From Takakia lepidozioides (Eukaryota; Plantae; Bryophyta), in assembly GCA_030704615.1 (NCBI GenBank), contig CM060733.1, positions 73,594,001-73,658,000 of the forward strand: a DNA stretch of 64,000 bases. The letters are read 5' to 3'. The position numbers and the translations under genes were made by a program. This document shows positions 11,900-23,864 of the stretch, piece by piece. The notes under the pieces were generated by a model. It searched no databases. It was not told where the DNA came from and worked only from the letters and a program-made list of their open reading frames with translations. Numbering within the stretch: the first letter of the stretch is position 1; each line of letters opens with the position of its first letter.

Positions 11900-11990
11900 C
11901 TAACCCTATTTCCGTGGACTCACAATGGTCTGCTCATGTTTTTTTTTTTTTCCGCTCATGCTCATGCCGCTCATGAAATAGCAGCCCCCC
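11900..11990 (+). repeat. Right terminus of element copy 1 with GCTCATG subterminal repeats
   Basis: TGCTCATGTTTTTT...GCTCATGCTCATGCCGCTCATGAAATAGCAGCCCCCC; same motif ends copies 2 and 3. Confidence 0.8.
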
Positions 11991-13202
11991 GGCCGTCTGT
12001 TGTGGGAGGTTTGTCCTACCTATGGGACTCTGCTTGGTTTTGAGAGCGGCATTAATGCTTCTGCTTTGGATTTCTGTGAATAGGGAAAAGCGTTGCCTCT
12101 CTCTCGTAGTGATGATCAATTCCTGGAGTAGGAGCATGTAAGAAGAGCGGCGCACCACCGCTGTCGCCATTGCCTTGAAGAAAACAGTTTATGGCAGATG
12201 AGCAGCAGGAAAACGACCACAGCTGCCGGAAGCACAAGTCATGAGTTGTGGGCAACAATCAATGAGGGGATGAGGCATGTGAAGTGCTGGCTGGATGGCA
12301 ACTCAGGTTATCTGTAATCAAAGCTTATAGCTGCTTTTGTGTCATCTACTATAGGACCATGTCAATTCTTAGGGAAGAATTGCACGCATAGAAGGATAGA
12401 GTATTTAGTTGGCAAGCCACAGGATGTTCCATAGGATGAAAGGAGCCATCATGGCATGATAAAATACTGGAATCAAGACAAGGAGAATAGGTTGAAGTGG
12501 CTGCTGACAGGCTCTTGGTGAGGTGCCATCTTGGCAGCAGATCCACCGCTTCGTTTTGGAGGATTAAACAGATAAGTTCGTAGCCTGTGGGCTTTGGTTT
12601 TTGGGGGGTAGTGACTTAGAAATCGTTTTGGTGTGGATTTAGGACTGACTCTTGGTAGCGGAGAAGGAGGTAGAGACATGTGATAGAGGAAAAAGGTTTT
12701 GGAATGGAATGGAGACTCTGGACTTCAAACCAGGATAGGGAAAGGATGGATGCACCTGATGTTATAGTGTCAGTAGGAGAAATGAGTGGGGGGAGAGATT
12801 GCTTGTCACTGAATCAGAATGGTCACTGTTTGTCTTCATTCTTGTTCTTTGTTTCAGTGTTATAAACCTGCACACAATGCTGCCCTGGGTATTGATACAC
12901 TGGAACCAATGTAGACCTAGCTTGGCTGATTGAAAACACCAGTAAGGGTTAGTTAGAACTGTTGAAAACAGAGAAAGGATAATGTGGATGGGGAAGCATA
13001 TACCGACACTGATTTGGTTTTGGAACTGATTTGGTTTTGGAACTGATTTCCAGTATGGTCTCAGGGTATGAAACACTGAGTTCACAGTTGAAGGGAAAAG
13101 AGGGCTGTTTTGGGGTATTTGGTTTTAAACTTGTAGAAAGGCTGAGAGCTGTTTGGCAATGGCTTCTTTTGGAAAAGGTAGTGTGAAGGGTTGGACATTT
13201 GC

Positions 13203-13252
<50 letters not shown>

Positions 13253-13941
13253 AGAGAGAGACTGATGAATGGGATGGTTATCCTTGTGTGACCGAGGATG
13301 ATTTCAAGCTGGGTGCACTGGATGCCTGGCTGATTTGTGCATTGCATTGCATAGTAGATATGCTGCTGTTGAAGAAGTTAGGAACCTGTAGACCAAGATT
13401 AGAGAGAGAGAGAAAGGATTTTGGGAAGGGAGAGAGCTGCTCAGTAAAAGGGGTTGATGGGGGATGGCCAATTTGGGGAGATGAGATGAAGAAAACATGA
13501 ACCCTGAAAGAGACCAGTGCCCTGCAGTTCATTGCAGATCTGAGCTACCTCCCTCTAAATCTGTGTTACCATTACAAAGGGGGCTTCCGACGTGTCACTG
13601 CTCAAGGAGCTTCACATTAAGGGTCGTGTTCAAGCGCTGTCATAGGGCTGGTTGCATCACAGAAAGATCATGGCAGCACTGGTGGCGCTGTGATCATAGG
13701 GCAAGGCTGTTGTATACAAGTAGAATCAAGAGCAAGAACAAATCCAAAACTCCCCATCCATGTCTTCTCTTCCGCTGCGGCGTGGATGAGGATTGCATGA
13801 ACTCTGATCTGAACGAACTAAGGGAACCCACAGCCATGTGAAGATGGTTGGATCACTAGAGCGCTCCTTCCTTTGCTTAACTTCAACTGGGGAGGAAGTA
13901 CAGATGGGAATCACCCAGAAGGGGATTCACGCCCCTTCTTT
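11991..13941 (+). mobile_element. 5' LTR of an LTR retrotransposon (5' end interrupted by element copy 1)
   Basis: Homologous along its length to 23865-26008; followed directly by a primer-binding site and gag. Confidence 0.8.
13206..13261. repeat. (GA)n microsatellite within LTR
   Basis: Direct reading of the sequence. Confidence 0.95.
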
Positions 13942-13953
13942 TGGTATCAGAGC
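13942..13953 (+). promoter_or_regulatory. Primer-binding site complementary to tRNA-iMet 3' end
   Basis: TGGTATCAGAGC immediately after the LTR end. Confidence 0.9.
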
Positions 13954-14023
13954 TTCGCTGGATCTTAATCCGAGAGATATAGGTTTTCAGTATAGCAATG
14001 TAGGGGAGTGGATTTACGAGCAA

Positions 14024-14387
14024 TGGTGACTACCATTTCATTTTACGGAAAGAAGGATGAGGATGTTTGCAGCTGGATCCAGAATCTGAAAAGGGATGGT
14101 GAGAGCCGGAGCTTTGATGAGCACAAGTTTATTATATCGGCAAGGCTGAATCTCAAGGCACGGGCTGACACCTGGCATCCGTATGCAAAAACCAAGGCCA
14201 TGAACTGGCATGATTTTCAAGTAGCCATATCTTGAAATTTGGAGGAGAAGGTCAATCAAGTAAGAGTAAAGTGATGTTAGCAAGGAAGTTTGATGGGATA
14301 GATACAAATGTGGAAGAGTCTGCTACAGGATGGAAGAGAAATTGTCTCTGATTGGGAGAAGGATACTCACAACAGGTTCACACCTGT
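14024..14387 (+). pseudogene. Retrotransposon gag N-terminus (Ty3/gypsy-like), degraded and cut by the gap
   Basis: FYGKKDEDVCSWI...ARLNLKARADTW...WHDF resembles retrotransposon gag; in-frame stop at 14235. Confidence 0.65.
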
Positions 14388-14887
14388 NNNNNNNNNNNNN
14401 NNNNNNNNNNNNNNNNNNNNNNNNNNNNNNNNNNNNNNNNNNNNNNNNNNNNNNNNNNNNNNNNNNNNNNNNNNNNNNNNNNNNNNNNNNNNNNNNNNNN
14501 NNNNNNNNNNNNNNNNNNNNNNNNNNNNNNNNNNNNNNNNNNNNNNNNNNNNNNNNNNNNNNNNNNNNNNNNNNNNNNNNNNNNNNNNNNNNNNNNNNNN
14601 NNNNNNNNNNNNNNNNNNNNNNNNNNNNNNNNNNNNNNNNNNNNNNNNNNNNNNNNNNNNNNNNNNNNNNNNNNNNNNNNNNNNNNNNNNNNNNNNNNNN
14701 NNNNNNNNNNNNNNNNNNNNNNNNNNNNNNNNNNNNNNNNNNNNNNNNNNNNNNNNNNNNNNNNNNNNNNNNNNNNNNNNNNNNNNNNNNNNNNNNNNNN
14801 NNNNNNNNNNNNNNNNNNNNNNNNNNNNNNNNNNNNNNNNNNNNNNNNNNNNNNNNNNNNNNNNNNNNNNNNNNNNNNNNNNNNNNN
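14388..14887. other. Assembly gap (500 N)
   Basis: Run of N; contiguity across it is unverified. Confidence 1.
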
Positions 14888-14924
14888 AGCGCCATGTGGT
14901 AATGTGTGGATGGCATTGTAACAG

Positions 14925-15693
14925 GTGCCTCAATGTGGGCTGGGCGGTTTTCCGACCGGCACCTCTTTGCCTACGAGGAGGATTCATCCTTGTGTGGGGA
15001 TCCCATCTGGAAGGGCTGCAACGGAATGTTAAGGCTCCCACAGAGCGGAAGTCTCCCTCGGATTCGTCGGAGTCCGAGGAAGACACAGTGGACATTGATG
15101 CGGAGGAGAACCGGATACGAGTGAGTGCAAACATTGTAAGTTTTGCAAAAGCCTTCTGGGTCAATTTATGTCAAAACGAATTTCCCGACTGTGGTTCTCA
15201 TTAGTCTCCGTTGATGATTGTCATGTGCAGGATTGCAGGGTCCGGGTCGAAACATGTAGGGCCTACACTTCCTGCAGGAAGAATGTCCCGTTCTTTGCGA
15301 GGGCCGACTTCATGACGAGCCCGGTGAGGGACTACTCCCTTCCTAGTTATGCAGCTAAACTCGCAAATACAGCGATTTAGAAGAAGTGAGAATCCCAGTA
15401 AAGTAGAGCAGATTTTTTTGAGAGGGCAGGGAGGACAGAAGGATAAGGAAGAGTTGGCAGCAGCTCAGACAGTAGACGGGTACGAAGTACATATGTGATT
15501 CAGCGGATTAGAGCCGACGTAACAGGGAAGGAAGACGACCCAACGTGGAGATGGACGTTCCGCAAGGGGGAAGATGGGATTTTGAAAGCCTGGCCAACGA
15601 GCAGTCTGTGCTGGAGATGAGAAAGGCACTGAGGGGTGGAGGCGGAGCAGACAGTCTAGAACAGGATGAGGATTCGGATGATTTTCAAGATTA
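14925..15693 (+). pseudogene. 3' exons of ParB-MTase homolog (copy 2)
   Basis: GASMWAGRFSDRHLFAYEED matches copy 1 GASMWAGTLSDRHVFAFEPD. Same intron position (GA|GTGAGT at 15120; CAG|G at 15230). KNVPFFARADFMTSPVRDYSLPSYAAKLA matches the copy 1 last exon. Frameshifted. Confidence 0.8.
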
Positions 15694-15831
15694 ATAGAAT
15701 TTTAATGAAGTCTCTGTAAATGTAAATTCTCTTCCAGAGTATATAAAGGAAATTCTGCCAGACATTCGTGACCCCTCTCCAGTGGTGCATTCCAGCCACA
15801 CAATCGCCCAAACCACGACGCTCCCAAAATC

Positions 15832-16520
15832 AGAAATGGGGCACCGCATTTCCAAAATTTTGGCAACTCTAAAACCTCTTTTGGAAATGCGGCACCGCAT
15901 TTCCAAAACAGGAGGGACTAAATTTTCCATTTCATGTTGGCATAGTAAAGGTAATCGGCCGATTGGAAATGCGGTGCCGCATTTCCAAAATTTTCCTTTG
16001 TCCACACGCCAGTTTGGGCCTCTCCCCCCCGCTCATTGCATGGATGCCACTACGCTTACAGAGGTCGACCAAGGAGGTCGAACAAGGAGGTCGAGATGGC
16101 GGAATTTGAAATGCGGTGCCGCATTTCAGTATTGGGGATGGTCGTTGTTCGAACTGCAGGCCCATCAGCAAAAATTGGCACCGCATTCCATTGTAAAAAA
16201 AAGTCGATGACGGACATGAAATGCGGCGCCGCATTCCAGAACGACATCGCAATTTGTCCATTTGCGACCCTCTCTCGAAATGCGGTAACGCATTCCATCG
16301 CGCTGGTCGAAATGTCACACTTTTCGAGGTTGTACGGAAATGCGGCACCGCATTCCCTTGTCCAAAAAGAAGTTTCCATTGCCAAGCTGGAAATGCGTCG
16401 CCGCATTTGCAATGCCAACCTCGTTGTCTTTCCCTTTGAGCCCGTGTTGGTATTTCGTTTACCTTGACGGAAATGATCACCGCATTTCCTTGTCCACATG
16501 GAAATGCGGTGCCGCATTTC
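15832..16520. repeat. Dispersed array of about 11 palindromes GGAAATGCGG(CA/TG/CG)CCGCATTTCC with largely unique spacers
   Basis: Copies near 15832, 15883, 15965, 16107, 16170, 16217, 16276, 16336, 16389, 16469, 16501. Confidence 0.9.
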
Positions 16521-16775
16521 AATGTCCGACATGGCGTTACTCTGGTATATTCTTGACACATGACTCACATACCGGTTACTCTGCTATATCATCCGGACAG
16601 ACACATTGTAGAAATGAGACATCAAATTGTAAACAGTGGGCCAATTCCGAGAGTTATTCAACAGAATGAAACACAATCATACAGAAGTGAGGTACGATGG
16701 GTTTATTGATCGGACACGATGTCTCACATTTACCAACTGCAAACAAACTAAGCCCTTCCTCCTTCTACATGGGCT

Positions 16776-17560
16776 TCACCAAGTCGACGGAACTTCGATA
16801 CCCCTCAAAACAAGCTCATCACTGCTGCGGCACCTCGAGGTAAACTGCAATTCGGTCGTTCTGCTGCCCTTGCTGGAGCCGACGACAATGTCATGTCCAT
16901 CAATGATACCACCATCATACATTGACAAGGTCACTGTGGGCCTCATGTGCCCGTGCGATTCGTCTTCGCAACTCAGCCGAATGTCTCCATACACTGGAAG
17001 AGCGAGTGATCTGCACGTATATAGTTTTCCCCGGTGCCGTCCTCCCCTGGTCCACTGGCAGCAGTTCCAGCGCCAAAGCGAGGCCGTGCGTGATCTGTCC
17101 GGCATCCCTTTCCAGCTTGGTATATCGAGGTCAACAATTTCAGGACCCACGGACCGCATTGACCCTCGCCCTCACCTCGCTCAAAGCGGTAATAGCCCTC
17201 CAGATACTCCATTGCGCGCAAAGACTCTTGCTTGATTCCAGCAGCGTCTGTGAAAACAGAGAGCCAGACAATGATGTCTCCTGATTCTGGTTTGAACATA
17301 GCATAATCGTGGCCATGATAAGGGCAGTCGGCTGGATTTCGGCGGCACGACATCCTTGAAAAAGAGTAGCGGAGTACGCTCAATGACAGCAGCTCCCGGA
17401 TGGAGGAGGAGCACCGCGGTGGCTGGAAAAAGTTCAAGCTAACGCTGCAATTCCTCACAAACACTCCAGGGCACATTTAAATTTCCCCCCTACAGGATCA
17501 TGGACCGATGAAGATTGGCTGCTGCATGAATGTAGCCGTTTCAGTTTCCTACCCTGCCAT
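16776..17560 (-). CDS. Cargo gene A, unknown family (frameshifted), paralog of gene B
   Basis: ORFs 17476-16973 and 17159-16776 join by frameshift. Shares DCP.....DYAM....SGDI..W, FERG, PW.L, RWNCC.WT, YGDIR, DGG.I.G.DIVV and ELVLR..EVP with gene B. Confidence 0.6.
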
Positions 17561-17700
17561 GCAAACTATGGGCAGTCACTGCCAGGTGGACCGATAGCTT
17601 GGACACGACGAAGTCCATCCCCTCTTCGATGTAAATGCGGCGCCGAATTTCCATCCGGGGGGATGGACTTCACTGGCAGATCTCAAACTATAACTTGTTG

Positions 17701-18463
17701 ATGAGAAAGATGTATGGGTTCATCCACCGCTGGCGTGATGAACACGTTCCACCTCCGTTGGTTGGTACGTGTGACCCAGATGCTCCATTATTGGAGGCCG
17801 GACTGCTCTTCCGCTTCGCATCATTTCCAAAATCTAAGGGCTTCGTAGCTGTCCGCAAGGTCATCGGCATCCAAGTCGTCCTCAGGTCCTCCTTTGCAAG
17901 GATGCTGTGCTTCCGGAACCGGGACGACTGCCCATTTGGAGGCATCGATTATGCAATGTATTCGGCCACATCGGGAGACATTGTTATCTGGTATACAGAT
18001 TACACAGAAGATACTGGTTCGATTGTGGAAACATTGGTGGCTTTTGGTTATATCGTAGGCCACTACGCCTTCGAGCGGGGTGACGATCTTGGTCTGAGGA
18101 GTCCGTGGCTCCTGCGCATCCTCGATTCCGATTTTCCCAGCTACGACGGTCACCCATGCAGAAGAAGGCGCACTGCTATGCTGTTGCGGTGGAACTGCTG
18201 CCACTGGACGTGGGTGGACTCCATCGGAGAGACCTATTCTCCTGAAGGAGTGCGATCCTCTTCTCCATTGTATGGGACATTCGCATTGGTGTGGACGACG
18301 AAAACGTGAAGATTTCCATATTCGATGGTGGTATGATTGAAGGGCAGGACATTGTGGTGAACATCACTAGGGGCGGTACAACGGCTGCAATCGACTTTAC
18401 ATGGAGGAGCCCCATGACTCATGAGCTAGTTCTGAGAGCAGTCGAAGTCCCATTGACAACGTG
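17701..18463 (+). CDS. Cargo gene B, unknown family (one frameshift near 18275)
   Basis: MRKMYGFIHRW...RWNCCHWT...SPLYG then DIRIGVDDENVKISIFDGGMIEGQDIVVNITRGGTTAAIDFTWRSPMTHELVLRAVEVPLTT*. C-terminal frame confirmed by the copy at 59208-58957. Confidence 0.62.
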
Positions 18464-18926
18464 ACTTGTATTCAGTAGGCACAGGGCTCAAGATTTGATG
18501 GCACAATCAGCACAGTAGACGTGCTTCAAATGCAATTCATGTGGATCAATAAAAACCTCATTGTGCCCTCTTTTTATTCTATTCTGTGTCCATCGTTCCG
18601 AGAATGCGTCATTGCTCATTTCGTTTGGGATTGGGAGTGTGGGTGGATTTTGCAAGTGGCTGGTAGGCTGAAATGGGCCCCCATTGTACAGAGCAGTACC
18701 ACCCTACCATTCGCGAAACATTGCCTTTCAATATATAATTCTAAATAACATTGCCGAACCTCCTTCATCGGGAGGTCCTTCTCCCCCTATGACCGTGGCA
18801 CCCTAAACCCTATTCCCGCGGACACTCATTTCCGGAAAATAGTGCTGCTCATGTTTTTTCCACACTTACGACTCTGCTCATGGCTCATGCCGCTCATGGC
18901 TCATGGCTCATGAAATAGCAGCCCCC

Positions 18927-21900
18927 AAAACGCACTATGAAGCAAAAACCATGATTGCCAAGATGGGATTGCAGTACACAATGATTCATGCCTGTGAGCG
19001 TGGTTGTGTACTCTTCCATGGGGAGTATGAGAATGTAGACATTTGCCCAGTGTGCCGCAGTTCCCGTTACATTCCAGGTCGTGGAAGTGTGCCCAAGAAA
19101 ATATTGCGACACTTCCCTGTCATTTGGTTCGACATCCAGCTGATAGCAAAGCATGGAGACACATTGACACCACATTTGCGGATTTTGCTGCAGAGCCACG
19201 ATCTCTGCGATTTGGATTGGCCTTAGACGGTGTAAATCCCTACGGAGCTCAATCCACAAGTTGGAGCACATGGCCCGTCCTCTTGGTCAATTACAATCTG
19301 CCTCCGTGGTTAATGACCAAAAAGTTCTTTGTCATGTTAGCGCTACTGATTCCTGGTAAGGAGTCTGTTACCTCGGACAACGTAGATGTTTACCTGATGC
19401 CCCTAGTGGAAGAACTATTGGAACTATGGAGAGGGATTGCAGCTCATGATGTTTCCCGTCCTCGTGGTCAACGCGAATTCTCACTGAGGGCAGTGTTGAT
19501 GTGGTCAATCCATGACTACCCTGCATATGGCTTGCTCTCAGGTCAAGTGACGAAAGGTTATGCTGGTTGTCCAGCTTGTGGACCCGGGGTGACTTCACAG
19601 CAGTTACACACATGTGGAAAAATTGTTTTCCTAGGCCACCGAAGATTTTTGGCCCGCAATCATCCATATAGAAGGTCAAGAATGTTCAATGGCGCTACTG
19701 AGCATGGAACTCCTCCAAAAACGCAGACTGGAACACAAATCAAGGACCTTTCAACAGCTCGCATTGCATGGGTGGAAAACGGAGGGACGCCAGATAGCAG
19801 GACAGACCCAGCAAAAACTCATGGAGTTAAGCGATTGTCAATCTTATATGTCTTACCTTATTGGGAGGTAATTCCTTCATGGCTTTTAAATTGGCTGTGT
19901 ACATTTTTGCGTTTTCTGTTTAAATTGTGATGAGTAAATGCTCAATTGCTTATGTGTTCATTTTGTAGGGTCTCCTCATCCGCCACACGTTTGACGCAAT
20001 GCATTGCGAGAAGAACTTGGCTGAAAATATTATTAAAACTATCTTTGGTGAGAAAGACACATTGAAAGTTCGCCGTGATTTGGAGCTACTTGGGATGCGC
20101 CCGGAATTGTGGCTACAACGTGATCCTGACAGAGCAGATACGTTAATTATGCCTCCTGCCCCTTATGTCCTCACTGAGGCTGAGTTACAAGTCTTTCTGG
20201 AGATTGTGCAGAACTTGAAAGTGCCAACAGGCTACGCATCAGCTTTCAAAAAGCATGCGGTGAAGAAGAAGTTGTCAGGCATGAAATCACATGACTATCA
20301 TGTGCTCATGCAGCAAATTATACCGCTTGCTATCCGTGGGCTCATGCCAAGTGGTCCTCGAAGGGCCATTTTGCGAGTATGTCGTGTATTTAAGAAGTTG
20401 TGTGCAAAAGTGGTGAATCCTGTAGAGTATGAGGAATTGAGAACTGAAGCAGTTCTCACTCTGTGTCTTATAGAGAAGGACTTCCCACCATCATTTTTTG
20501 ATGTGATGACACATCTGGTTGTTCACCTAGTGGATGAGTTGTACTTATGCGGGTCCGTAGCATCTCGTTGGATGTACCCCATGGAGCGGGCAATGAAAGA
20601 TATGAAGGGCTACGTAAGAAACATGGCAAGGCCCAAGGGGAGCATGGCAAAAGGATACCAATTTGAAGAAGCATTGGGTTTTTGCACAGAGTATATGGCA
20701 GGATTTGATGGAAGTGTACGAAGGGTGTGGGATGCAGATGAGGCAGAATCTGTGGAACGTGAAGTTGTGGAAGGAAGTTCTAAAGCCCGAAAATTGAATG
20801 ACCTGTGTGATATTGTACATGAGTACATCATTCAGAACCATCCTCGTCTATCAGTCATGTTGGGGTAAGAAATCTACTTCATTGACATTCAGATTTCCAA
20901 GTTTTAGTCATTTATCATTAGTTGGCATATGGCGTCTTTTCAAATCTCCCACGCCACCTCTGTCAATCTCATGGCTGACCCTCGGATTGTGATAGGATAT
21001 ATGAAGCAGAGTCCACACGGATAGAAGCCAGACGACGCTTGTTTCGTGAGGAGCAAGGGCTGAAAGGCATGAGCAATCCCACGACAATTCAGTACCCTCC
21101 TGATTTGCATCCTTGTCCTCCATTTGCTGTTTGGCTCCCTCAAGGTGTACGGGATCATCTCTCAATTCAATCAGATGGGCTTGATCCTACAACACGTGAG
21201 GAATTACTGGATCTTTCAAGGCCTCCATCATTTACTGCCCTGTCATTCAAGAGTATCACAGCATATGGTAACCATTACAGGGTTACATCCCCCGGCATGA
21301 ACACAACAAGTATGGTGTCTTTTGATTGTGGAGTCTCATCTGTTTTCCAGCACCAGCCCATTACCAACAATTCAGGCAATGACATGGAGGAACCTACAAG
21401 ATATGTGGGTCTTATAAGGGAGATTTTGCAAATTGACTATGGCCAAACACAGCCTATAATGTTTTTGTGTTCGTGGGTACGGGCGAGTCGCGTGGGTCGT
21501 CAACCTATGTCAATGAAGCAGGATGATGCTGGCTTCACACTTGTCAATTTTAACCGTATGCTTCCACCTTCTGAGCAACCTTTTGTGTTTCCTGGCCAGG
21601 TTGATCAAGTGTTTTTTTCTGATTGTGTGAAGGAGCCGGGGTGGAAAGTCATCCTGGAGAAGAGCCCCCGAGCACGTAGAGTGGTCTGCGACATATCAAT
21701 TGATAATGATGATGTGGCGGAAGTGGAAGGATTGTTAGCCCCACAAAGACTAGAGGAGACTGTGGTTACTGATGGCCCAACATGCAGCCGAGCGGTACCG
21801 GTTACTCCAAAGCAGGTGGCCTCCTTGTACCTCCGAGCACCCCGTATACGTGGTGATGATGTTCAGCCAACCCTTGGAGAAGATGAAGTCTGTGATGAAG

Positions 21901-21950
21901 ACAGTAATACATGTAGTGACCCAGACATAGATGAGGATGATGAAGATTAG
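18927..21950 (+). pseudogene. CACTA transposase (Transposase_21, DUF4218 and DUF4216 regions), 5'-interrupted
   Basis: YEAK...IHACERGCVLF...CPVC; LALDGVNPY; STWPV...YNLPPW; DYPAYGLLSG; DAMHCEKN; MKSHDYHV; RWMYPMER; EQPFVFPGQVDQVFF. Intron 19868-19968; internal deletion near 19123. Confidence 0.92.
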
Positions 21951-22314
21951 ATATGCGCGATTTGTGCACTCCAGTTATAGACCATGCATGATAGTTTAAG
22001 GTGGTAACACTCCCTTCGCATTCCCATTAAGATATCATGCTTGGACACTGGATTTTATGATCAATTATGGAGTGCTTTCCTTTCAGCACCCTTTATTCAT
22101 TTGTTGTTGCAATTGGCTTTGGACCAACCCGTGCTGGTACCATTGCCATGGGTTCTGCCTGCAATGTTTTCTTGCCATGGATTCGGCACACGCCACAAAA
22201 GGCCATCCAGACCATCCTCTGGAAATGCTCCAATGTTGTTTCAAACATCTCCACATTGCAATGGATACAACACTGACATTAGATGAGTGAAAGTGAGACT
22301 AGACCTCCAGCCAG

Positions 22315-22455
22315 CCGGCTTTCCCACATCAAATTGAAGGGGATCTGTAGATTATAGATAACGGCTGTTGCCTTCTCAATGTCTTTTCCAATGACCTCTG
22401 CAATAAACTGGGGTATAAGATCCTTCAAATCACAAGTTTGAGCATCACACACAAG
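22315..22455 (-). pseudogene. RPS3A: 40S ribosomal protein S3a fragment (copy 1)
   Basis: Reads DAQTCDLKDLIPQFIAEVIGKDIEKATAVIY.LQ, matching the RPS3a C-terminal region. Confidence 0.7.
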
Positions 22456-23057
22456 CCACTTACGGGGATAGAGTTTCCAATGCGAACCATTGGTCTTTTA
22501 TTGATAGCATTGTTGTAAAATACATGGACCAACATGGTCAATTTCGGAATGACATATAGTACGCTTTCATGTACTATGTAAGCATGCAACTATGTACCAG
22601 TGACGTGGCTTGTTCGCCACTTAACCTGTTTGCCCATTCAGCCAGCTCCACATTGTCTTGGATTTTGCATGCTGGATTGTGAGGCCATCCACACCGTCCT
22701 CTGGAAATGCTATCATGGGGTTTCAGCTATGTCCACATTTCCCTGGATTATGCCTACACGAAACAAGGCCAACTGCATTCAGCACCCTCCACTTTATTAT
22801 AGTATTGCAGCAACATTCAAAGCACTTCAATTTGTATCCATCGAAAACATCTAGGCTGGAAAAAGACATTGTTGCAGCAGAACTTAGGAAAATACTTCTC
22901 CCCTTCCACTACACACGTGAAATGAAAGAAGCCAACCAACAGCATACCAGCCAAGAAATATGAACCAGCCAAGAAAAGAGCCAATATATGCAGTGAAGGT
23001 CGACACTAAATGAAACTTATCCAACACTTACATTAGAGGAGGGAAGCTAAGTCTTAC

Positions 23058-23170
23058 CTCCATAAGCTTGCCCACATCAAATTTGGGAGCTTTCAGAATT
23101 TCTCCTTTCCGGTTGAATGAACTTGGCTACAAGATCCTTCAAATCGCAAGTTTGAGCTTCACACACAATG
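23058..23170 (-). pseudogene. RPS3A: 40S ribosomal protein S3a fragment (copy 2)
   Basis: EAQTCDLKDLVAKFI, a deletion, then ILKAPKFDVGKLME followed by a GTAAG donor. Confidence 0.75.
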
Positions 23171-23864
23171 AACTTGCAGGGATTGAGCTTCCAATGCGAA
23201 CCATGAGTCTTATATTGATAGCATTGTTGTAAAACACATGGACCAACAATGACAGTCTCTGGAATGACATATAGTACAGTAATGACATATAGTACAGCAT
23301 GTCGCTTCCAGTTGACCATCTACCCATGTAGGTTTCTTGTACCTATCCTTCCACAGGGAATCATAGGTAATGTGGAGCTTGAAATCCAGCCCTCTTGGAT
23401 GAATGTGGACCCACACTCTATCCCTGCTCCTTCAGCTATCCATGCCTCTAACAGCCTACAATTCTACCAGCAAACACCCCAACCATACTGGTGTGGAGTT
23501 CTTCCCCAAAACACCCCAACCCTACTTATCACAATCTGAAATGCATCTGCTTCTCTCTGTAGTCCAACAGGCATTCGCCTTTTTGTCTCCATTGTCCCAC
23601 CATTGGGGTCGGAAAGTGTTCTGTAGTGTGAATGCAGGGGGTAAAAATTCAAGTTTTTGTTTGGCATCAGGTTTCGGCACTACTACAAAGGGAGTGCCCT
23701 TCGTGCTAATGAACGGGAGGAATTGTCCATAACTTGAGGTAATTCCATGGAAAGACTATGCTATTGATCTGCCAAGAACAAAATATGGCTAAGTTATGAC
23801 ATGCACCTTTTTCATCCCTAGGATGAATGATTTTCATCCATGATGTTGAACCCTAGAAGCAGGA

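Larger units (their letters stand above)
1..11990 (+). mobile_element. Large Mutator-like DNA element, copy 1 (left end outside window): transposase, palindrome arrays and ParB-MTase gene
   Basis: Contains a MULE-type transposase. Ends in (GCTCATG)n-AAATAGCAGCCCCC at 11990, a terminus shared with copies at 18926 and 58490 (reverse). Sequence switches abruptly to LTR sequence after it. Confidence 0.8.
14888..18926 (+). mobile_element. Mutator-like element copy 2 (right part), sister subfamily with extra cargo
   Basis: Carries the last two exons of the ParB-MTase gene, a palindrome array, two cargo genes and the shared terminus GCTCATGAAATAGCAGCCCCC. Confidence 0.8.

Noticed and set aside
13942-13953. 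tRNA gene
   Set aside because: Only a 12-nt primer-binding site; no cloverleaf.
14308-15204. ORFs spanning long X runs
   Set aside because: Artefacts of the 500-N gap.
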